In this document: in pieces, positions 1 through 13,900 of the stretch | How positions within the stretch are numbered: position 1 is the stretch's first letter | Layout: each line of letters opens with the position of its first letter | Assembly (NCBI GenBank): GCA_965113315.1 | Contig: OZ220377.1 | Origin: Podarcis vaucheri | Lineage: Eukaryota | Length of the DNA stretch: 64,000 nucleotides | Strand: one strand, 5' to 3' | The notes under the pieces: generated by a model | Database searches by the model: none | Seen by the model: only the letters and a program-made list of their open reading frames with translations | What the model was told of the DNA's origin: nothing | Translations under genes and position numbers: made by a program

Positions 1-402
1 CCCCCAATAAAAACCCTAGCTCCCTTTACCTAGCTTTAAGTGTGTTTAATGATCCTATGAAAACAAAGAAATAATAGTAACCTTGGCCTGTTAATAAACA
101 TTCTTTCCATAATGGTGTAGTTCATTTTTATCCCAGTTTTCTAATAAAAGAATAAAGTGGCTTGCGATAAAAATAAATGATGATGAGCTATAAAGCAATA
201 GATCATTAAAAGTAAAAGTAAAACATTAATACACAGAGCAGATGAAAGAACTTGGCTTGACTCATCACAATGACAGTGTGTATCATCGGTGATACTTGGT
301 GGGGGGGAAATCTGTTTTTTGGAAAATTTCCATTTTTTCCTGTGGAAAATATTCTGTTTTATAAGTTATTTAATAACAATGAATGGGTGTCAACTGCAAA
401 TA

Positions 403-628
403 CAGTGGTACCTCGGGTTACATATGCGTCAGGTTACAGACTCCGCTAACCCATAAATAGTGCTTCAGGTTAAGAACTTTGCTTCAGGATGAGAACAGAA
501 ATCGTGCTCTGGCAGTGCGGCGGCAGCAGGAGGCCCCATTAACTAAAGTGGTGCTTCAGGTTAAGAACAGTTTCAGGTTAAGAACGGACCTCCGGAACGA
601 ATTAAGTACTTAACCTGAGGTACCACTG
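403..628. mobile_element. Tc1/mariner (Tigger-like) MITE, family A
   Basis: TIR CAGTGGTACCTCGGGTTA...TAACCTGAGGTACCACTG, flanked by TA/TA. Confidence 0.9.
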
Positions 629-749
629 TAAATACTAGGCATGTTTGACAGTTTTTAAAAAGTGTGCTTTAACTGTTTGGCATGGCTGCAGCCTTAGTTT
701 AGTAGCCTCACCAAACTACAATGACTGACAGCAAATTCTATCTTCATAG

Positions 750-924
750 GCACATCTCGAAGGAAGTGCGCAAGGAGGTGAAGCTTTATGTAAACTGCCC
801 CAGTCATCAAGGGACTCGGGAGAAACTTCCGTGGTTCTGCAGAGGCCCAAATCCATTGAGAGTAAAGACATTTGTCTAGTCTTATCCGAAAGACCAGCTT
901 CTCAAGTCAATGGAAATGGAGAAG
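750..924 (+). pseudogene. Exon-like segment E1 of the gene, with an in-frame TAG at 877-879
   Basis: tcttcatag acceptor; reads HISKEVRKEVKLYVNCPSHQGTREKLPWFCRGPNPLRVKTFV*SYPKDQLLKSMEMEK; donor AAG|gtacca. An alternative donor AGA|gtaaag after 861 would avoid the stop. Confidence 0.5.
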
Positions 925-1962
925 GTACCAGCTTTGCATTCGAAATTCTAAAAGTGAGGCTTAAACCTGTGTATGAAAAATTTGTTCAGCCCAACATGCT
1001 TCATTAAAAATCTCTGGAAGCTGCCTTGTATCAAGTCATATCAACATCAGTCCATCTAGCTGACAAGCAATAACACTCCAATATTTCCATCTCCTCCCAG
1101 GAGATGCCAGGGATTGAATTTGGGACATTTCACGTAATATAAAGAATGGTCACATCCATACCATACATTTAAAGCACACTGCTTCCCCCCCCCCCATTTA
1201 ACCCTGAGAACTGTGGTTTCTTAAGGGTAACCGCAAATTGTAGTTTATGCCTCACACAGCTACATTTCCCAGAATTCTTTGGGGGAAGCCAGAGCCTTAA
1301 ATCCAATTCAGACGTATGGTGTAGATGGGACCATAATGTGAAAACAAGGGCCAGATCAGGTGAGATGATGGAGATCTGCGATTTGATCTCCTTTTAAAAA
1401 AAATGTAGGTGGGGAACAGCCACCACCAATGACTTGGGCTATATGGCAGGGGGAAAGATTTGGTTTGGGACCACAGCATTGGGGAGTTAACCCTTTCTCC
1501 ACTGGTGCTATTTTCCTGATGAAAATTCCCCCTCCAGCTCCTTGGTCCTCATCCAAATTGGGGGCAGGGGGAGGTCACTAGTGCTTTCCCCACAAAATGT
1601 AGAGGAAGGGGAGAGCCGGGCGTTACGGGTCCCTATCATTTTTAGTAGTTTGGTCATTGTACTCATGTTACATGTGTTAACTTCAAAACCATTATGTGTA
1701 CACACCTAAAAACTCTGAATGAGCGAGTCATCTCCAAATTGGATATCATTGATTAATTCACACTACATCTGCTGTGTGTGCGTGCGTTTGTTTGCCTTCC
1801 CTTCCACTGAAAGAAAGAAACCAGATCCGCTTTGAAAGGTTTGTTTTCCCCCCTATACAGAAACATAAGAAACATAAAAAGCTCTCCACTTCAAAGGCAC
1901 CCACAAGTGTTTGCTTTCACAGCACTAAGAGCTAATAGAGGTTATTCCCCTCCTTCCTTCAG

Positions 1963-2381
1963 CTGATACAGAGTGTCTTCATCTTTTATCCATTCATACT
2001 AAAAGCAATTCGGTACACTGGTGCACCCACCCAAGCGCGCTGTGAGCGAGGCTTAATTTACCGTGGCGTATGTGTCACTTTCCAAAATAATCCCACTCTG
2101 CCAGCTTGTTTTCAGCATAGTCCCATGAGCCTTTTTAGCTCCACAGCGCTGGAGTATTTTAAATATTTTGAATCGGAAGCCGGATAGTTCAGTTGTGAAG
2201 TATGCACAGGTTGTGTTAAAAACTGGGAGAAAGGGTGGCTGGGTTGGTGGGAGAACAGGTAACAAATAAGCACCTAAGAAAGCAGAAAGCTCTCCAAAGT
2301 CTCTTGCATTGGAAAAATAATTTCAACATCCTAATGGAATGCCTGCAATTCAGAGAGCCACTTCTGATGTGCTGGCAGCCA
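1963..2381 (+). pseudogene. Exon-like segment E2, disrupted by a net +1 frameshift and stops
   Basis: Polypyrimidine tract and cag acceptor; entry frame open for 74 codons to TAG 2185-2187. The 3' part FQHPNGMPAIQRATSDVLAA ends at A|gtgggc in phase 1, matching E3. No single frame spans the segment. Confidence 0.4.
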
Positions 2382-3426
2382 GTGGGCATTTTGACTTTCT
2401 TCTTTCCTCTCTTGACGCTCCTTCTCTCCAACATGTTCCAAACCACTTTTGATCCTTTGTGCAGTTTCAGAAGTGGTTTGCTGTGTGGTATCATGCGGCT
2501 GCTCTGGTTTGGTTCTTTGGATCCTGGCTGACACACAGATATATGGGTATACATCTATCAGAGCAAAACATAAGAACATAAGCTGGATCAGGCCAAGGGT
2601 ATTCTCCCTACTTGTGATTCCCAGCAACTGGTTCTCAGAAGCACACAGCACCCATCAGTGGAGGCAGAACATAGAGTCATGTGGCACATTAAAGGACAGA
2701 GTCATGTGACACACTAAAGGTGGACGCATTTTTAGAATCCTGGACTCGCGACAAAATTTAGTCCATCATTTGTATGTACGATCTTGGTGGATCCAAATAA
2801 ATAAGGCTCATGGGTCCTTATTGGCATGCATTGATTTCCAGACATGTTTAAACTGTAGGTCCAAAATCAACACCTGTTGTTGTTCAGTTTATCTCTTTGG
2901 TTTTGTGATTATTATTTATTTATTTATAGCATTTGTAACCCTGCTCTTCAGCCAAAAGCAGTCTCAGAGCAACTTGCATACCAGCCAAACAAGACAGTCC
3001 CTACAGTCAATAGAGAGATAGATACACAAGGGAGAAGGGACAGGGAGAGGGGAGTGGAAAACCAGAACCAAAACTCAGGCAGCAGTTTGTAAACCGTTTG
3101 TTCCTATAATGACCAGCTGGCCCAGATTAGGGGCAGGAGGTGTCTGACGGAGCTGGGCTTCCAGCAGACCTGATGGAAGGTGTCCTATGGCTTCCCATCT
3201 CTCCCACGGAGGCAGCCTGATGGAATAGCTGCCCCTGGGTGACAGCTGAGGAGAGGAGGCCTGGTGGGGCTGGCCTACCACAAGAGAGCCGATCTCAGCC
3301 TCCCCGCTCCCCGACTCACTGGAGTGGCTGCTCCCAAATGATGAGCTGGGGTGGAAGGTAGTAATAACTTCCCTTTCCTTGACTGCTTAGGAGTCACTTT
3401 TTAAAAATTACGTCTGTTCTTTTCAG

Positions 3427-3655
3427 ACTTGCAGTTGCATATCAGACCTGAGCTACACCCCCCTGTTCTTAGCTGCCCAGAGAGCGATTTATTAGGCGAT
3501 TTGCTCTGTGCCATAATCTCTCGAGGTTCCGAGAACATGTCAGCGGCGTGTGAAAGTCTTAGTGGGAAACTGCTTCCTAGGACACTCCGGCAGTTCATTT
3601 GGATTGATAAACTCCTGAGAGCCATCTCTGGAAGCCCGCAAACCAAAGAACTCAT
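3427..3655 (+). CDS. Exon E3 (LQLHIRPELH...SGKLLPRTLRQFIWIDKLL...KEL), start of TBC-like domain
   Basis: ttttcag acceptor, AT|gtaagt donor; phase 1 to 2. Confidence 0.85.
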
Positions 3656-6600
3656 GTAAGTATCTCCGGGAGTGCAGCTGAAGAGGGGGAAGACAAGTTC
3701 CTGACCGCTCCCCTCCCTATGTTGATGAAGCAGGGGCTGTGAACAGTGGAGCATGTGCTTAGTGTGTAGAAGGCCCCGGACCCAATCCTCACCAAAGGAG
3801 CTTGAGTATTAGGCTAGGAAAGACGTCTGTGTCCCGGAATGGCTCCTGGCTGCACACCCTCTCAGCAGGGACTGTGAGGAGAATCATCCATGGCGGTGAC
3901 CAACCTGTGAGACAATGCTTGGCACAGCAGTAGAGTCGGCCATTGCTGGTGCTGTGAAGGCATAGATGTCTTCTGGTCTGATGTGAGATCCCATGGGGAA
4001 AAGCAGGAAGTCTGGTTGAATTCTGCAGAACCATGGACAGCTCTGAGTGACCAACTTGCTCCAACAGAGACAGGCAGCAGGCTTAGGCCTTTTGTGCCTC
4101 TACCTCCCCAGACTGCCTCCTCCAGTCTCCACACCCTGAGAGAGTCTCAGTCTTAAAGAGCCAGCCCTCTAGCCTGAAGGTGGGCCCCCCTTCTTTCCAC
4201 AGCCTTCCTCCTGGTGCTCCGCTGCCCCTGTCAGACTGGTGATGTGCAAGGGGAGTCACCTAGTTCTTTATGTTCAGGGGAAGGTGTCCAGACTCTGGCC
4301 CTATAAGCCCTAGTGGTCAGGGAGTTTCCTCTGGGAGTTGGAAGAATCATAGAGTTGGAAGGGTCATTTACTCTAACCCCCTGCAATGCAGGAATCTCAA
4401 CTAAAGTTTCTGTCAGGTGTGTGTGCAGGAGCCAGGCCCTGTGACCAATAGGACTTTGCAGGACTGGGGCCTTCCTAAGTTTGTTCTGAAGAGGCAAGGC
4501 ATGGCCTCACAGGTGAGGCTGATTGGTAACTCACAGCGCCTGGTGGCAAGAGCTGGAAAGGGTGATAAGGTCAGCATTTCCCTTCAGCTCTTTGCCACAG
4601 CAACACGCTTCCTGCCTTGCTGCATTTGGCTTCTTGCTTCCTGATCCTTGAACCTTGGCTTCTTGACTCCCTGCTTCTTGATCCTCGGACCCTTGGCTTC
4701 TTGACTCCTTGCTTCCTGAGCCTCGGACCCTTGGCTTCTTGACTCCTTTCTCTCTGACCCTTGGACTCTTGGCTTCCTGACTCCTGGCTTCTGGACCCCC
4801 GTTCCTACTCCCACCCTACCATCTTGCCCCAGGTCCTGATGTCCCCTGCTGGGACTTTGATCACCCGTGAACCGGACCATGACAGTTTCCATGACAGATG
4901 GCCACCCAACCTCTTAAACTTAAAGGCTTCCAAGGAAGAAGCGCCCACAACCTCCTGAGGGAGTCCATTCCACTGTCAAACAGCTCTGTCAGAAAGTTCT
5001 TCCTGTTGGTAGGGTTGAATAATCTGTCTTGAAGATTTGGTCATTGCTTCTGCTTTCTGGCACTTTGAACTCCGCTTCTGGCTCCATTCAATTAAAAAAA
5101 ATGAGTCCTGAGACCTATTTTAAAAAACCCAAAACTATAAAATCTATCCTAGGGCTACTGAGAGAGACGCCAGAGAGGACTTTGGGCAAACTGTAGCATG
5201 GCGGATGGCGGAACTGAGTCTCCGAAGTGCCACACGGTCACCTCTTTCAGGTCTTATTGAAAATGCAGTTGTAGAGGTGAGTTGAAGGACCCTGGCAGTT
5301 ACAGGCATGTGCGAAGGGTATGCCCAGACACACCCTAATATTTCAAAAAACGGGGGATTGTGGTGAGGAGGAAGAGGGTATGGAGCAGCAACCCAGTTCC
5401 CTCAACTTCCATGACTCAGTGGGAAGCTGTGGGGTGGGGGTGGGGGTGGGGGTGGGGGTGGGGGAAGAAGCAGACAGAGAGAGAGGCAGGCAAAATAAAA
5501 AGGCTGGAATGGCCCTGCAGTTTCTGCCTACGCCTGTCTCTGGAAGTGGAAGTGTTTCCAGCAGTGACTTGACCTGGTGCTACTATTTGTATATAGAGCT
5601 CATAACGGCTTGGGACCAGTTTATCTGCAAAATCACCGTACCCCAAATGTGCCCATTTAACCACTTCAGTCTGCAGAACAGCACTGTTACAGGTGCCATG
5701 ATACTCATTCTGGATTTGTTAAGAAGTCAGTCTTTTAGTGTTGCAGGACACTCACTTTGGAACCCCCAGCCTATCAGGCAGGCATCTTCGCCATTGTCCT
5801 TTTGAGGCCTGCTTAAGGCTTTTTTTGTTTAGGCAAAGCCTATCCAGACATGTAGAATGTTGGTATGTTTTTTCTAATCTGGTTGTCGTTTACTGTTGAT
5901 TTTAAATATTATTTTTGGGAATGTTTCAAATAGCTGTTTTAAATTGTTTATACTGATATTGTTCTTTTTGTTTTGATCCTTTTCCCCCGGCAAGTGGCAT
6001 ATAAATTTCGTAATGTAAGTAAATACCTTGACATGCTGGGGATTACTAATTGATTTAAAAACACTGAANNNNNNNNNNNNNNNNNNNNNNNNNNNNNNNN
6101 NNNNNNNNNNNNNNNNNNNNNNNNNNNNNNNNNNNNNNNNNNNNNNNNNNNNNNNNNNNNNNNNNNNNNNNNNNNNNNNNNNNNNNNNNNNNNNNNNNNN
6201 NNNNNNNNNNNNNNNNNNNNNNNNNGTACAACCTGGGATAATTGAACCTGGCATCTTCTGCATATGAAATCTACGCTCTGGCGTGGAGTTGCTGTCGTTA
6301 TTATTAATATATTTACTCAAGGCGGCTTACGTATAAAGCGACAACTGCTAAAATCATAGTTATGACCCCTTAGTTCCTGCTATGGGCTTATTTAGAAGGA
6401 CTGTGTTACAACACCAAACACACTTTCAGCTGTTAAAACTGAGAAGTTTTGTCCTATATTAACTTGAGTATTTTCACTCCCATGCTGTTCTCACTGCTGC
6501 ATGCCAAAAATACAGCATTCCCACCCCTCTGCCACCCACCTAATTTCTTCCAACAGAAATACAGAAGCGTTCCCTGCATGTGTTCCTTTGCTACAAACGA

Positions 6601-7566
6601 GCAGGTGATTTTGGAGACCAGCAAAAGCTTAAACGTCCTGTATGTTTTCAACGGCACCTATGACCCCTACCTCATCTACTGGCTTTTCCCTCTGCAAATG
6701 GCATTTAAGCAAACAGCACCAAGAGGTAAATCATTTACCGCCCAAAATGGCTGCAGGATTTCTGTTGTTTCTCTGTGTGCAGGTGTTATGCCTGCATCTG
6801 TTGGTAGGTCTCTTGGGTGATTTGAAGCGTTACATTATTAATTAAATTTATATCCCACTCTTTCTCCCAAGGAAGTCCAGGGTGGCAAACAACAAGAGAG
6901 AAAACGATAAACAAAAAAATATTAAATAGAATGCAGACTTGGAAAGATCCCCAAAAGGCCTGTTGAAAGAGGAAGGTCTTCAGTAGGTGCCAGAAGGACA
7001 ACAGGGATGTTGCCTGTCTCCTATTCAAGGGGAAGGATTTAAGTAGATCAGGGAGGATCCCAAAAGTTTAGCAATGGCAACAACAACATGAATGTCCTCT
7101 AAAATTATACTTCTGAAATAAAGAAAGCCATGGCGTTGGAATCTGGGAGGTGGAGTATTTCTGGGGTAGGTTTTCGTATGGAAGGATTGTGATCTCAGTT
7201 CAGTTTGGGTACTCAAAACTAATTCCTGGGCTTGGAAGTATTCTAATTGCATACTTTTAGCACCTAGGTTAGGCTGACATAGAATGGCTAGGTAATACAA
7301 GAATTACAGAAACCTGCTAGAGCAGGAATTGGGGAATATTTTTCCTGTTGGTAGGTGGGGGGGGGGTTAGAATTGGTGGTAGTTGGGACACAAGCCAAAA
7401 GTTAGAGCATCTTTCCTTTTCTCTCTCTTTGTGCCAACATTTTCTCTCTCTTTGTGCCACTCCTTTTTCCACACTCTTTTTTGACAGTCCCTCTCTCTTC
7501 CTTTCTCTTGTTCTCTCTTTCTCTTTTTGCCTCCCCCTTTTCATACTTTTTGACACCCAATTTCTT

Positions 7567-7622
<56 letters not shown>

Positions 7623-7958
7623 CCCTTTTCACATTCTCTTTTCTGCCACCCCTTTTCTCTGTCTGCAACAGCCTTTTTGCTCCCACCCAACTTGGTGATT
7701 GAAATGAGCTACTATGGGGGGAGTATCTTATAAATATATAAAGGTTAACATGATTGCTTTGATTTTAATTGTAGCAGAACACCCCTATGAATTAGCCATG
7801 TACCTGCATTCTCTACACCAGAACCTATTCCCAACTTGGGGGGAACTCTTTGTAACAGCGGAGTCAGTGATGAGCCTTCTGGAGAGAGAAGATGCTGAAT
7901 TCTTTGCTCACCTTCATCGCGCTTTCAAAAAGAATGTCACAGTTGACCCTAAAGTACC

Positions 7959-7989
<31 letters not shown>

Positions 7990-10900
7990 GATATTTGTTT
8001 GCTGCTCTTCACCAGAAGATTCTGGAGGAGTGTACAAAAGCATGAATAAAATTAGATAAAAATACAGTTTTGAAGTAAGGGACGCAGGTGGCTCAGTAGT
8101 CTAAACCACTGAGCCTAGGGCTTGCCGATGGGAAGGGCAGAGGTTCGAATCCCCGCAACAGAGTGAGCTGCCGTTGCTCGGTTCCAGCTCCTGCCAACCT
8201 AGCAGTTCGAAAGCATGTCAAAGTGCAAGTAGATAAAGAGGTACCGCTCCGGCGGGAAGGTAAACGGTGTTTCTGTGCACTGCTCTGATTTCACCAGAGC
8301 GGTTTAGTCATGCTGGCCACGTGACCCGGAAGCTGTACGCCAGCTCCCTCAGCCAGTAAAGTGAGATGAGCGCCGCAACCCCAGAGTCGGTCACAACTGG
8401 GCCTAATGGTCAGGGGTCCCTTAAAATGACATAGCTAAAAAATAACAGCAATTTAAAACAAAAAAACCAAAACAAAAAACGGAGCCCTCTCTGCCCAGCA
8501 GCAGCGGCAGCAGTTCTTTATGGAGACCGCCAGGCCCTGTCCTAGGCCAGGCGGTGAGTGGCAGGACTGGGGCCCCCAGGCACTCAGCAGGGGAGTCCTG
8601 GGTCCATCAGGTAAGAAAGGGGTGGGGTATCACAGTTCAAGGACACATCCTACTGAAGAAGAACAAAAGAAGGAACAGGCCTAGTGTGGTCTAGGGAGGG
8701 CCAGACAGGGAATCCCAGAGGGCCTTAAGTTCCCCACTCCTATATTATGCCTCAGATTCAAGAGGCAAATTGGAATGGAAAGTGCCCCATGCTTGTAGGA
8801 AGTAAAGAATGGTGAGGACCCTCTATTATTCCCCCACAAATGCTATGGTTCTTCCCCCCCCCCTTTTTTTTAGGATTTCCTGGTGGAATTGATACTTCAA
8901 GAAAGAGGGAGAGCTCAAGGGATCTGCGCGTTTGAAAATGGATTCCCATCAAGACAAAACGGAACCAAAGAAATACTGGCAAGCCCCGTGGTTTTCCTTA
9001 GGAAGTGGATGGGAGAGGTAAAAACGAAGAAGCCAGCAAATCCTTTTTTGGTAGAGTGGGGAGCTTGTCAAATAAATTGTTTGCCTGGCCACCCTTTACA
9101 ACTGAAAACTTTACTGAGGTGGTCAGAATATGTCACAGAATCCTGTTAGCCGCCAGATTTTAGACCCCGTGGAGGAGATTTCTCATAAGGGTGAAGTTGT
9201 GTAATGTTTCTGGAGTGTGTCTGCAGCACCAGCTTGCAGCCACAAGGGGGCTGTCCTGCAGCTACAGCCACACTGCTGTGTCCAATGTGTGCTCTGGCTC
9301 AGTGGATTCCAGATTCCCATTCTTCAGCTAGTGTTATGGAGGAAGAGGGGAGAAACTCCTTCCCACCTTGACCAACTTGTCAAGGAGCCCCGACTGCAGA
9401 AAGGACAGCTTCTATGGCAGCAATATCCATTGTGCTTACAGAAAGTGGCTAATGTGTCATGAAAAATGAAATAAATCATTAAAGGCTCCTGTGAGGCCCC
9501 TCCACTAGAGGGAGGCTGCTCGCTGTGTCTCTGCATGATTCACTGCTCTGGCAAGGTAAGATGTTCAAGCTGGAGCCTCACGGGCAGGGTTCAAATGTTG
9601 CTTCAGCACCAGACTGTTCCTTAAATAGAACCACAGCTCAGTTTGGGTGGCTCTCTCTACCTGCAGTGAGATAAGCCTCTCTTGTTTAAGCCTAGCTTGC
9701 CTCAGCAGCTGTTGACTCATGCTAGTGGCTACTGCTGAGGAACTGCTAATCCTGCTATCTGTGTGATTGGATCAGCGAGTCACTCCTCCTGCACAAATGC
9801 AGAATAAATGACCCAGCTGCAGAGGGGTCTTCCCAGTGCATCTCTGCGTGATTCATTCCTCTAGCCTCCCCTCCTTCTAATTTGCCTTTGTTAGGTGCAG
9901 GTAACTGTGCCCTGACTTTGCATCAGTTGTGATTGGATCACAGGACAGCAGAATTACTTGCCTTTTGAAGAAGCTGCCTGTTGTGTCTCTGTAAGAATCA
10001 CCGCTCTGGTTCCCAGTCAGCTTCCGCTGGAATTATGTGGTTCCATCCTATCTTAACATCATATGCAACTTGGAGCGTTATTGTCCATCTTGCTCTTGCA
10101 GAGAAGCAGGGGAGTTAATTGCCTTTGGAGTGAAGAGTGACTTACGCAGAGTGGGATTGCCTCCTGTTCGGATGGGTCATTTTTGTGCTCTCACATTCTG
10201 AAAAGAAACCTCTTTTGCAATGCCCTCCTCCAGTGTAGCTTTAGAAAGAAAATGGTGCCTCGGCTATCACGCATTGGGGAGACACTGGCACCAAGATAAA
10301 ACTGGCTTTCCTGTCTCGCATAGGGGTTTGTCGGTGTTCTGAACTTGCCTGCTGTCTTGTTGATCTGGGACCAGTTATTCATGAAAGACTGGAGCCTGGA
10401 TGTGATGCAGAATTTCTGTGTCTCCATCCTTCTGTTATTAAAGGAGTCATTCATGGCAGCTGATGACTACCCAGCAGTTCGACAAGTGTGTATTAGCTTG
10501 CTTTCTATTTGGGGGCTGCAGTTGGATGGGGGGGGGAGGGAAAGAATCTGGAATTTTGATTTCTTGCTCATATTCTTCCTCTTACTGGCTTCACTTCTCC
10601 CTGCCCTCCCCTTCCTTTCTTCTCTCTATACATTGCAATAATAAAAAACAAAACAACAGCCAGTGGACCACCTAGTCCACCTTCCTGCTCTCACAGCGGC
10701 CCCCCAGATGCCTGTGGGAAACCCACAAACAGGATCTGAGCGCAAGAGCACTGTCCTCTCCTGAGGCTTCCAGCAACTGGTATTCAGAAGCATCATAGAA
10801 CATAGCCATCATGGCCCGTAGCCACTGATAGGTGCTGGATGGAGAAGTATTCTCTTGTATCCATGTGCCACAACCTCAAGCATCAGCCAGGACTCGTGTC

Positions 10901-13900
10901 TGACACAGAGGCAGTGCACCATCCAGGCAGGTCTTTGGAGGAGAAGTCTTGAGCTCAGGTCCTACTTGCACTTCTGGTTGGGACTTCAAGGATGCTGGAC
11001 TAGATGGGCCACAGGCTCTTCCTGTGTTATTAAGCTACCGAGCTGCTGAGTACAGGCCCCCTAAATTGGGAGCCCTTGGAGACAGAGACCTCAAACTAGG
11101 ATGCCATGAGGCAGCAGCACTTCATGAACCAGATTTTTTAATGGGACTGCCTCTCCTGGTATGCCCGACAGAGGACCTTAAGGTCCATGAATAACCGTAG
11201 TTTAGAGGTCCCGGGCCCTAAGGAAGTCAGACTATCCTCCACCAGGGCCTTTTCAGTGGTGGTTCCGACCTGGTGGAATGCTCTGTCCCATGAGACTAGG
11301 GCCCTTCAGGATTTAACCTCCTTCCGTCGGGCCTGTAAGACAGAGATATTCCACCTGGCCTTTAATCTGAATTCAGCCTGATCTTTTATTTCCCTTCTCT
11401 TCCCTCCCCCTCCCCTTTTATGAAGATTACCCACTCTGAGACCCCACAGCTAATTCTCCCCTGGCCTCATCGCTGGCCCAAATGGAACTAATTCAGCCAG
11501 CTAGCCCTGGTGATTATCTAATGCTTATTTCCCCTAAATTGATTTCCGAATTTTGAATTTTATTGCTATTCATGTTTTTATACTGTATTTTATGCTGCTT
11601 TTACAATTAAGTGTTTTAAATTTGTTGTTAGCTGCCCTGAGACTGTTTTTTGAACCAGGAAGGGCGGGGTATAAATAAAAAATTATTATTATTATTATTA
11701 TAATTAAACCTCCAAAGAGCTACCAGGGGTCTTGGGCTCCCCAGTGCTTGCTCCTCATTGCTGTCAATGCACAAAGTGGAAATGGATGGGGAAGCAAGGG
11801 GGTGCTAATTTCTGGGCCACAGGACACTTCCTCGAGGAGGGCGGAGCTTAAAAGGGATAGTCTGGCTCAAAGGAGACAAAAGGTCTTCCTTGGAGCCAGT
11901 TGCCAACTTGGAGCTGTCTGAGGTCCTGAAGGCTCCAGTGCGATTCAGCTGGATCTGCCCGCCTCGTGGGCTCCTGCTGGAGTTACAGCCCTGAGGAAGG
12001 GCTGTCACCCATAGAATCATAGAACTGTAGAATTGGAAGGGACCAAGGCAATCATTTGGCCAACTCCCTGCAATGCGCGAATATTTCACCCAGTGTGGGG
12101 CTGGAACCACAACCCTGAGATTTAGGTGTCTCATGCTCTGCCGACTGAGCTGTTGCTCAATGGCAGATCATCTGCTTTGCATGCAGAAGGTTACAAGTTC
12201 AGTCCCCGACAGCTCCAGGCAGGGCTGGCTGAAACCCCAGAAAACTGCTGCCTGTCTGTGTAGGCAGTACTGGTCTAGGTGAACCCAATGGTCTGACTTA
12301 TTATAAGACAGTTTCCTATGTTTCTGTCTTGTTTCTGTGTCAGATGAGGATTTGGGAGACCTCGGTTCAAATCACAGTTTGGACCGGAAGCTCACCGGGT
12401 AGCCTTGGGCCAGTCTCTCTCCCCTGCCCCTCTGTCTGCTCCTCTGTCCTCCTCTGCTCCTCTCTCTCTCTCTCTCTCTCTCTGGCTAACTTACCTTCAC
12501 AGAGCATTTGTGGATAAAATGAGGTTTATTTCATTTCATTTCATTTTTAATTTAAGCAACTGCCTTTTTATACACAAAGCAGTTTAGAATCCATAGAAAT
12601 GACAAAATATACAACAAGTATCACACCTATTATAACAATCCGATCCAGTGATGATAATGTCATGATGAGCTTGGTAGCATCATTTATGTTAAAAAGAATA
12701 AGAAATAAACCTATTAGGAAATAAACCCATAGACAAAAACAATTCAGCCTTTCATAATGAATATTGCGGGGGGGGGGGGAGAGCGGAACAATAAGGTGAG
12801 TTTGCAGAAACAAATCATATTTTTCAGGTGTCCTTTTAAGGGAGGGGGGGAAATGCCTTTATTTCCAGCAGAAGGTGGCCTTGATGCCTATGAAATACTG
12901 ATGATCCAATCTGTATCATGCAGAGTGTTGAATTCCTCTCTCCCTCTCCCTCTCAGGTGTTTCTGTCTTCAGCCTCCCAGCTTCTCACAGCTGACATTCA
13001 AAGGGCTTGGATTCACTTACAGCAAGGGGGCTTGCCTGCTGATGTTCCTGGGCTTAATAGACTGAATCAAAGGTAGAGGACCACACCCTGGCTCAAAAAT
13101 ACCTACAAGGCCAGTTGGCAACCAAATAACAGTCGTACCTTGGATCCCAAACGCCTTGTGAGTCGAATGGTTTGGCTCCCGAACACCGTAAACCCGGAAG
13201 TGAGTGTTCCGGTTTGCGAACGTTCTTTGGAACCCGAACGTCCGACATGACTTCTGCAGCTTCTGATTGGCCGCAGGAGCTTCCTGCAGCCAATCGGAAG
13301 CCGCGCCTTGGTTTCTGAACGTTTTGGAAGTCGAACGGACTTCCGGAACAGATTCCGTTTGAGTTTTGAGGTACCACTGTACACCAGGGATGGGGAACAA
13401 CCCTAGCCATGATTGTTGCTGCTGCTGCTGTTATAGTTTCTTCTACTCAGAGTAGACCCGCAGAAATTAATCGACTTCTGTTAGTCATGTCTATTAATTT
13501 CAGTGGGTCTACTCTGAGTAGGGCAAAAGTAAAGTGAACCTATAGGAATTTAGCGACTTCCATCTACAAAAATGGATGCAATGGATACCGCTCATTGCAT
13601 CATAGTCACGGGTGGCTCTTCCTGCGTTAAAGGACACTGGCTTGGACTAGATGACTTCTGGAGTCTCACACTCCTAATTTTGGCATTCCAATTGTTGTGC
13701 TGGCTGCAGCACTCTTAAGCCACACTTTCTGCCCACTCGATCTTCCTCCTCTTGCTGAGAAAACACTGCGGTGCAGCCATTCTCTCATTTGACTTATAAA
13801 TTAAGGAGAGCAATTCTAAATCCTTCAGCCACAATGAATATTTTATACTGGGAAATTATGCATGCCTGTCTGTGCTGTGTGCGGAAATAGTTTTGCGATG

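Noticed and set aside
4584-7702. Low-complexity ORFs (GVGVG, ERER, LSLS and similar)
   Set aside because: Translations of micro- and minisatellites
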